The notes under the pieces: model-generated
What the model was told of the DNA's origin: nothing
Databases searched by the model: none
The model's input: the letters and a program-made list of their open reading frames with translations, nothing else
Translations under genes and position numbers: made by a program
Sequence record: OQ708376.1
Direction: 5' to 3' (one strand)
DNA length: 64,000 nucleotides
Part shown: in pieces, positions 58,369-64,000 of the stretch
Position numbering within the stretch: position 1 is the first letter of the stretch
How the letters are laid out: each line of letters begins with the position of its first letter

Positions 58369-58857
58369 TTATACGGATTCAACAATACGTGCCATCTTTT
58401 CCGCTCTTGAAGTGGTTTGTTTATACCATGTACTATCACGCAATTCCTTACCAGCAGTTTTATAATCAGCCTTACCTAATGCGGTCATTGCTTTTTTAAA
58501 TTTTAAAACTTTGGTTTTTCCCATCTGGAATACCATCAACCATAATACACGTTGAACCTGTACAGGTGCGGTCATACCAAATTGTTCATAAATTGATTTT
58601 GCATCATTGTACGCAGTTTGAGCATCTTTAAGAAGAAGTTGGTCAGCTTGTGCTTCTGTTAAACCATTCTTGAAATTTTCACCAGGTAAAACTAGGTGAC
58701 CATAGCCAATAGTATCAAGACCTAAGCTGTCTTTATATACCCAAAACTTATCATTTTTAAAATAACCAAGTTTTTTCTGATAAGCAATAGTTCCTTCAAA
58801 TTCTTTAATTTCCTTAAAAAATTGCTCATCTGTATTTTTAATTTCCCATTTACTCAT
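58369..58857 (-). CDS. T4-lysozyme-like (GH24) muramidase, probable endolysin
   Basis: EFEG...YKDSLGLDTIGYGH, MVFQMG, KF......, ELRDSTWYKQTTSRA; own TATAAATA and GAGGA RBS. Confidence 0.9.
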   Translation of the reverse strand: MSKWEIKNTDEQFFKEIKEFEGTIAYQKKLGYFKNDKFWVYKDSLGLDTIGYGHLVLPGENFKNGLTEAQADQLLLKDAQTAYNDAKSIYEQFGMTAPVQVQRVLWLMVFQMGKTKVLKFKKAMTALGKADYKTAGKELRDSTWYKQTTSRAEKMARIVESV

Positions 58858-58873
58858 AAAGATATCCTCGTTT

Positions 58874-58881
58874 TATTTATA
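58874..58881 (-). promoter_or_regulatory. T4-type late promoter TATAAATA
   Basis: Full T4 late consensus on the minus strand, 16 nt before the lysozyme ATG. Confidence 0.6.
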
Positions 58882-58893
58882 GTACTAAAATAT

Positions 58894-61557
58894 TTATTGA
58901 CATGCCTCTAAACGACGAGCCATTAACTCAGCACGGCGAGTAGTTTGGCGATACCAAGCTGAATTACGTATTTGAGCAGCAGCTTGTTTATAATTACCTT
59001 TAGCTAATTCAGACAACATAGTTTTAAATTTAAGTACCCCACCTTTACCCATCTGGAATACCATTTGGCATAGTACTTGTTGAGCCAAATAAGGTGTTTT
59101 CATGTTGTATGAAGCATAAATTGATTTAGCATCATATATAGCTTTACTACTATCACGAACTAACATATCGTTGGCTTGCTGTTCAGTTATTCCATCTGAA
59201 AAGTTTTCACCACTAATAATTAAGTGACCATAACCAATAGTTGGATACCCACGACTATCCAAATAACGCCAGAATTTACCATTACGATAATATCCTTTTG
59301 CTTGTTGGTATTGTAATGTACCTTCATATTCTTTTAATTCAGAAATAAATTGTGCATCACCTGGAACAACTTTCCAATCGATTGCAGTTTTATCAACATT
59401 TCCAATATTATAGGTAGGTTGCTCCACCGGAGTTGTTGAAGCTCCACTTCTCTGTGTTCTTCTCCTACGAGGCACATGACGAGAACCACGTTGAGAATAT
59501 CCAGTACCTATCGTTTTGATTTTTGTTGTAACTACCAATTCATCACTATCAACTGAAGGTTGTACAACTGCTTTTGGAGCAGATTGATTAGTTGCTTGAC
59601 CACCAATTAATGTTTTATTCGCCGCATCAGACCCTGTTCCTGTTTGTGAAGCATAAAATAATCCTGGGTCAACAGAACCACTGAATCCAAGAACATTTGC
59701 TGATGTAACACGAATTTCAAACTGTATGACACCATTTGCTTTTCCAACAACTTGACCTTTTTGAACAACATCTTTGTTTAATAAATCAGATTGAATATTA
59801 TAAAAAATAGATTTATATCCAGACTTATGTTGTATTAAAAGAGCACCATTAGTAATTACTACCACACCACCATCTGGTGCAACTACATCACCTTTACATT
59901 GTATTTCCCAACCTGAACGGTCTGCCTTTCCTCCACTTTGTGTTGGAACACCTTTCCCCCAGTAACCATATTGTCGAATAGTACCGCTACATGGCATTAA
60001 CATATGTAAACCTTCATATGTAATACTATATCCAGTCATCCCAGGATCAGATGTCATCAAATCTTGTGATTGAACTTGTTCAGTTTCTGATGTATAGTTA
60101 ACAAACTGAACAGCTTCAGTGTCTTGTGCTACGGGTAATTCTGGTGATACATCATTTGCTGGTTGTGGTTGTACTGGTGATTCACTAGAACCACTTCCAC
60201 CACCTTGTCTTGGTGGTTCAACATAACTACCATGATTTTCAGCGTTAACCCATGCAGCAATATCATGAATGTGTTCATTAAGACCAGCAGATGGTGTTCT
60301 AAAGTTTGGTGCAGTAAATTCAGCAGTACCGCTATTACCACCACTATTAACTGTTAATGTTTGACCACCACCACTAATAATTGCTGATGATGATCCAATT
60401 AGGTTTGCAGATGTTGCGGCAGAAATAGAAGCATTTGAACCAGCCGTAATATCAGTACTGCTACCACTTTGCATACGTAATGATGCAGCAGTAACTAAAC
60501 GAAGGTCTGCCCCAGAATTAACAACAACTTGTCCACCAACTTTTGCATCAAGAGCACCAATTAGATCTAATTTAGTATTTGCACCAACTCGTGCATTGAA
60601 ATCTTGTCCGGTTTCAATATTATATGAACGTCCAGCAGTAATATTAATATCTTGACCAGCACGAATATTAATATTCTTATCACAGTGCATGTCAATATCA
60701 CCTTCACCAGTGAATTTTATACGTGCAGTGCCATCACGATTAATTAAAAGAACATCACCAGTAGCTTCTGATAAAAGAAGTTGTGCACCACTACGTGTTT
60801 TTATTACGACACCTTCATTTTTACGAGAACCAACACGTGTATCGTTTACTGGGTTATTAAATTGTGTATCTTGATATCCATCTGGGTCTTGATCCCACGT
60901 TGGTGCTGTTAATTCCTCTTCAGTATATCCATCATCAATAATAAAACTATTACCACGTGGCGAAGACATACCATATACAGTACTGGTGGTTTGTCGAGTA
61001 CTACTACGATTCGCCAACCCAGCTTCTTCGTCATATAAAAGGTTTTGCTTTTTAAGACCTGCGATAATTGGAACGTTAGCATATTTGTCTTGCATATCGG
61101 TAGTGATAGTGTTACGATCATAGTCAGTAACAGGAAGTGGCATATCAGTTCCACCATAATTACTTACTTCAGTTGCCATACCTGGAACCATCGTATTCAT
61201 ACGCTGGTCATATACACAACCAATCCAATATGCTTGGAATGTACGGGCTTGTGCAAAAATTACAACAACTGTACACCCTACGTCTGGTGGTACTGCCCAA
61301 AAACCGTATCCTTTTGGATATTGACCATATGCATCAGCACTTGGAATACCTGGTGTTTTACCAGCAAAAGGAGACATGTAAGATGCTTCTATCCATGATT
61401 CTTTTGAGTTTTTATCACTTTGAGAACCTTGTATCCAAACTTTCAGTTTTCCTGATTTAGTTGGATCTCTGTTATCCATAACAGTTGCTAACTGCGGATA
61501 AGATGGGTCAAAACGACCCAACTGCTGTTGTGCATACTTTTTACTTGTATCTGCCAT
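58894..61557 (-). CDS. baseplate central spike (T4 gp5-like) with degenerate M23-like domain and C-terminal lysozyme
   Basis: OB-fold (V.DN.DP..SG.LKVWI, GFWAVPPDVG..V.V.F); beta-helix repeats; HIH motif; LytM-like segment; C-terminal GH24 domain. Confidence 0.85.
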   Translation of the reverse strand: MADTSKKYAQQQLGRFDPSYPQLATVMDNRDPTKSGKLKVWIQGSQSDKNSKESWIEASYMSPFAGKTPGIPSADAYGQYPKGYGFWAVPPDVGCTVVVIFAQARTFQAYWIGCVYDQRMNTMVPGMATEVSNYGGTDMPLPVTDYDRNTITTDMQDKYANVPIIAGLKKQNLLYDEEAGLANRSSTRQTTSTVYGMSSPRGNSFIIDDGYTEEELTAPTWDQDPDGYQDTQFNNPVNDTRVGSRKNEGVVIKTRSGAQLLLSEATGDVLLINRDGTARIKFTGEGDIDMHCDKNINIRAGQDINITAGRSYNIETGQDFNARVGANTKLDLIGALDAKVGGQVVVNSGADLRLVTAASLRMQSGSSTDITAGSNASISAATSANLIGSSSAIISGGGQTLTVNSGGNSGTAEFTAPNFRTPSAGLNEHIHDIAAWVNAENHGSYVEPPRQGGGSGSSESPVQPQPANDVSPELPVAQDTEAVQFVNYTSETEQVQSQDLMTSDPGMTGYSITYEGLHMLMPCSGTIRQYGYWGKGVPTQSGGKADRSGWEIQCKGDVVAPDGGVVVITNGALLIQHKSGYKSIFYNIQSDLLNKDVVQKGQVVGKANGVIQFEIRVTSANVLGFSGSVDPGLFYASQTGTGSDAANKTLIGGQATNQSAPKAVVQPSVDSDELVVTTKIKTIGTGYSQRGSRHVPRRRRTQRSGASTTPVEQPTYNIGNVDKTAIDWKVVPGDAQFISELKEYEGTLQYQQAKGYYRNGKFWRYLDSRGYPTIGYGHLIISGENFSDGITEQQANDMLVRDSSKAIYDAKSIYASYNMKTPYLAQQVLCQMVFQMGKGGVLKFKTMLSELAKGNYKQAAAQIRNSAWYRQTTRRAELMARRLEACQ

Positions 61558-61570
61558 AATATTTTATTCC

Positions 61571-63820
61571 TTAATCAACTATACTATCGTGACGTTTGAG
61601 TGCACGAATTACAATTGCAGCTTGAATTTGTTGTGTAAAAGAACCACCTGCACCAAAATCATGAACAATTTTATTAACACGATAAATTGTTTGGTTAAAT
61701 GTGGTTGGTGTATTAATATCCAAAACACCAGTGTTATCATTTATTGATATTACTGGTTGTAATTTTAGTAATAGATACGCTTCAGATGTTATATAATTTG
61801 CTACATGATAATCATCTGGGTTAATTTCCATATCTTCACCATTAATTACTTGTTCTAGATATTGTAAGTAAGAGTAATCACTCCACCCTAACCAGTACGG
61901 GTCGCCTACTACACGCATATCGAGTTTACACAAAAAAGGTCTATTGTAATAGTTGTCACGTATTTTACGTCTATCCATTTCATATGTGCTGCTGTTATCG
62001 TTTAACGAAGCGGATAAAGTTGTTTCATTGTTAGTTGCTTCAGTTGGCATTGTGAACACTTCACCATAACGGTGACCAACACCATCAGTACCGCCATCGT
62101 TTTCTTCATAAGTGGTTACATAATCCTCAATATATTGAGGTAAAACATTGACTTGATAGTTATTATAACGGTCTTGTTCTTCTGCGTTACCAACCTGCAT
62201 TTGATTTTTTGCTAAAGTTTCAACTTCAGTTAACAATTGTTGTTGGGCTTGTGTTAACATCCCTCCTAAATCACGAGTTACACGTAAATCACTTGTTTTT
62301 GCCCATGCGTCTGGTATACTATTGTATTGTACACCTTGAATATTGAGTTCTTGGGATGTATGTGTACCTGCATGGTTCGCTACATCTTGTATCGGACCAG
62401 GGTTACGTGTAGTGGCTACGAAAAATTGCTGATCAAATTTCAAATCCAAATCAAGTATCTCACTATTAAGCCCACTAAATTGATAATTATAAGTTTTCAT
62501 GTTTATTTTTGGTTTTTGATCATTAGGATCTACGTATTTTTCTGCGTTCTCAAAAAAGTACTCAAATGTGAAATTTTCAGGTTGTAAATCCGATTCATGA
62601 ACAATATCACCTATTTTAAATCTAACAATATAAAAAATTACTTTATAAACAGAAGTATTACGATAATTATCAAAACCAACGTATTGTTTAACTGGTATAA
62701 TGTTTACAAATTGACGCACACTAGTACTATCATCGGCTTGTACAGTACATGTATCAATAACGTCATCAATAATTCGAGATATAGGAGTACTTGGGTTCCA
62801 TGAAAAGTTTTTAGAACCTTGTGCACCACTTTTAGTTGTTCCGGCCTCTGCCATTTGTTTAGAATCATAGTTTATAAACAAATCTTGCAAATCAGGTGCT
62901 ACTTTAAATTCGAAAAATTTACCTTCGGATAATTCACCAAATTTATATCTAAGATAACCATATTGTTGGTCAGCCATCTGATTTAATTTATCTTCTAAAT
63001 CAAAGCAGAAGTCACCAAAGTTTTCAGCAGTACAATTGAATGGTTCTTTTAAGGTCCATTCAATGTTATCAACTAAAGCTGCTCTATTATGAACTAAGTT
63101 CATAGTATACATCATAGTACTACCACTTTGTGAAGCACTTGCAGTAACACTATTAATTTTAACTGACCAGCGTCTTGTTGTTTCTGGGATAATTTCAGGT
63201 ATTCCATTTTTATTAAAGCCAATAAACTTTAATTCCAAGATCAATGGCAAGTCCATAAATTTATGATATCTAAGTTTGTTACTTAACGAAATTAATTCAT
63301 CATATAGACTCATACTATTATTTTCAGACATATTAAGTACTGCTGTATTAAAACAATAGTTTGTTGTCATTCCTGGTGTTGAAGGTCCAGCTTGTGTCAT
63401 TTGTACACTAGTGATATTATATTTGCCAGTAACACCACTTTCTGATATCACATGTCGTTGCACTTCTGCATCTGGGTAAAGCCAAAAGTTTTTAAAATCA
63501 TCTTTATCTAAGGCAAATAAACAAAAGTGCCAAGTTGGGTTATCATATTTCAATAATTTATTGTCATACGGTATTACAAACTGACTTAAATCGAGATCTT
63601 CATAAACTTGATCAACACTAGCACTTTGTTTTGGTAATGATACTACATTACTTACATTTGCTTTGTAATTATTTTTTGTAATAGTTTTTACATCATTTTG
63701 TAATGTATTTGCTGTAGCTTTCAAACTATCAAGTGCATTAGATGTGGTGGTTTTAGCCTTACCAGTAATACTTGTAATATCATTTTGAAAATTATCAACT
63801 GTACTTCGTAAATCTGCCAT
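61571..63820 (-). CDS. baseplate hub-like structural protein (gp27/late-D-like)
   Basis: 749 aa directly upstream of the gp5-like gene; C-terminal LDMRVVGDPYW...YRVNKIVHDF..G.FTQ pattern. Confidence 0.55.
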   Translation of the reverse strand: MADLRSTVDNFQNDITSITGKAKTTTSNALDSLKATANTLQNDVKTITKNNYKANVSNVVSLPKQSASVDQVYEDLDLSQFVIPYDNKLLKYDNPTWHFCLFALDKDDFKNFWLYPDAEVQRHVISESGVTGKYNITSVQMTQAGPSTPGMTTNYCFNTAVLNMSENNSMSLYDELISLSNKLRYHKFMDLPLILELKFIGFNKNGIPEIIPETTRRWSVKINSVTASASQSGSTMMYTMNLVHNRAALVDNIEWTLKEPFNCTAENFGDFCFDLEDKLNQMADQQYGYLRYKFGELSEGKFFEFKVAPDLQDLFINYDSKQMAEAGTTKSGAQGSKNFSWNPSTPISRIIDDVIDTCTVQADDSTSVRQFVNIIPVKQYVGFDNYRNTSVYKVIFYIVRFKIGDIVHESDLQPENFTFEYFFENAEKYVDPNDQKPKINMKTYNYQFSGLNSEILDLDLKFDQQFFVATTRNPGPIQDVANHAGTHTSQELNIQGVQYNSIPDAWAKTSDLRVTRDLGGMLTQAQQQLLTEVETLAKNQMQVGNAEEQDRYNNYQVNVLPQYIEDYVTTYEENDGGTDGVGHRYGEVFTMPTEATNNETTLSASLNDNSSTYEMDRRKIRDNYYNRPFLCKLDMRVVGDPYWLGWSDYSYLQYLEQVINGEDMEINPDDYHVANYITSEAYLLLKLQPVISINDNTGVLDINTPTTFNQTIYRVNKIVHDFGAGGSFTQQIQAAIVIRALKRHDSIVD

Positions 63821-63831
63821 ACGTTACTCCA

Positions 63832-64000
63832 TTAGCCTATGTTTCGAGTACCATTAAGATAATTCTGTACTCTTTGATTTGCTGGTATTCTAATTGTTAC
63901 TCCACTTTTAAAATTATATATAGGATCTTCTCCTAGTATGTCTGGATTTAACAATGCGAAAATATAATATAAGCGTTCATTACCATACATTTCGTATGCT
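63832..64000 (-). CDS. 3' part of a gp53-like LysM baseplate protein (truncated by the window edge)
   Basis: Minus frame from 63999 reads AYEMYGNERLYYIFALLNPDILGEDPIYNFKSGVTIRIP...IG*, with the stop at 63832-63834. Confidence 0.7.
   Translation of the reverse strand, partial: AYEMYGNERLYYIFALLNPDILGEDPIYNFKSGVTIRIPANQRVQNYLNGTRNIG

Overview
A 64 kb, AT-rich (roughly one-third GC) segment of a jumbo contractile-tailed dsDNA phage. Gene content and order resemble the RaK2/GAP32/PBECO4-type enterobacterial jumbo myophages. That attribution is from recalled family features, not a database search. Most of the window is virion morphogenesis: gp13- and gp14-like neck proteins, an 887-aa tail sheath, three tube-fold paralogues, a gp4-like head completion nuclease, acidic putative head-core proteins, a fibre/tailspike cluster, a gp15-like tail terminator, and a baseplate block (a ~3.3k-aa protein plus gp6-, gp25-, gp5- and gp53-like genes and a free lysozyme). 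The fibre cluster includes a 2129-aa repeat fibre, a fibre ending in an Sf6-type needle knob, and a WcaM-like putative colanic-acid depolymerase. Interspersed are nucleotide-metabolism genes (glutaredoxin, dNMP kinase, thyA, two Nudix genes, a macro domain) and early-type proteostasis islands with host-like promoters (a MoxR-type AAA+ ATPase next to an HExxH metallopeptidase-VWA protein, and a ClpA-like unfoldase). Notable non-obvious signals: a hairpin that hides the neck-gene RBS and contains a late-promoter motif; a nnGACA-N16-TAYAAT promoter class; a near-perfect sigma70 promoter firing antisense into late genes; a possible sRNA locus upstream of the AAA+/VWA pair; a degenerate Pth2-fold protein; and strong over-representation of the palindrome AGTACT. 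No tRNA, rRNA, CRISPR array, intron, intein or transposase was recognised.
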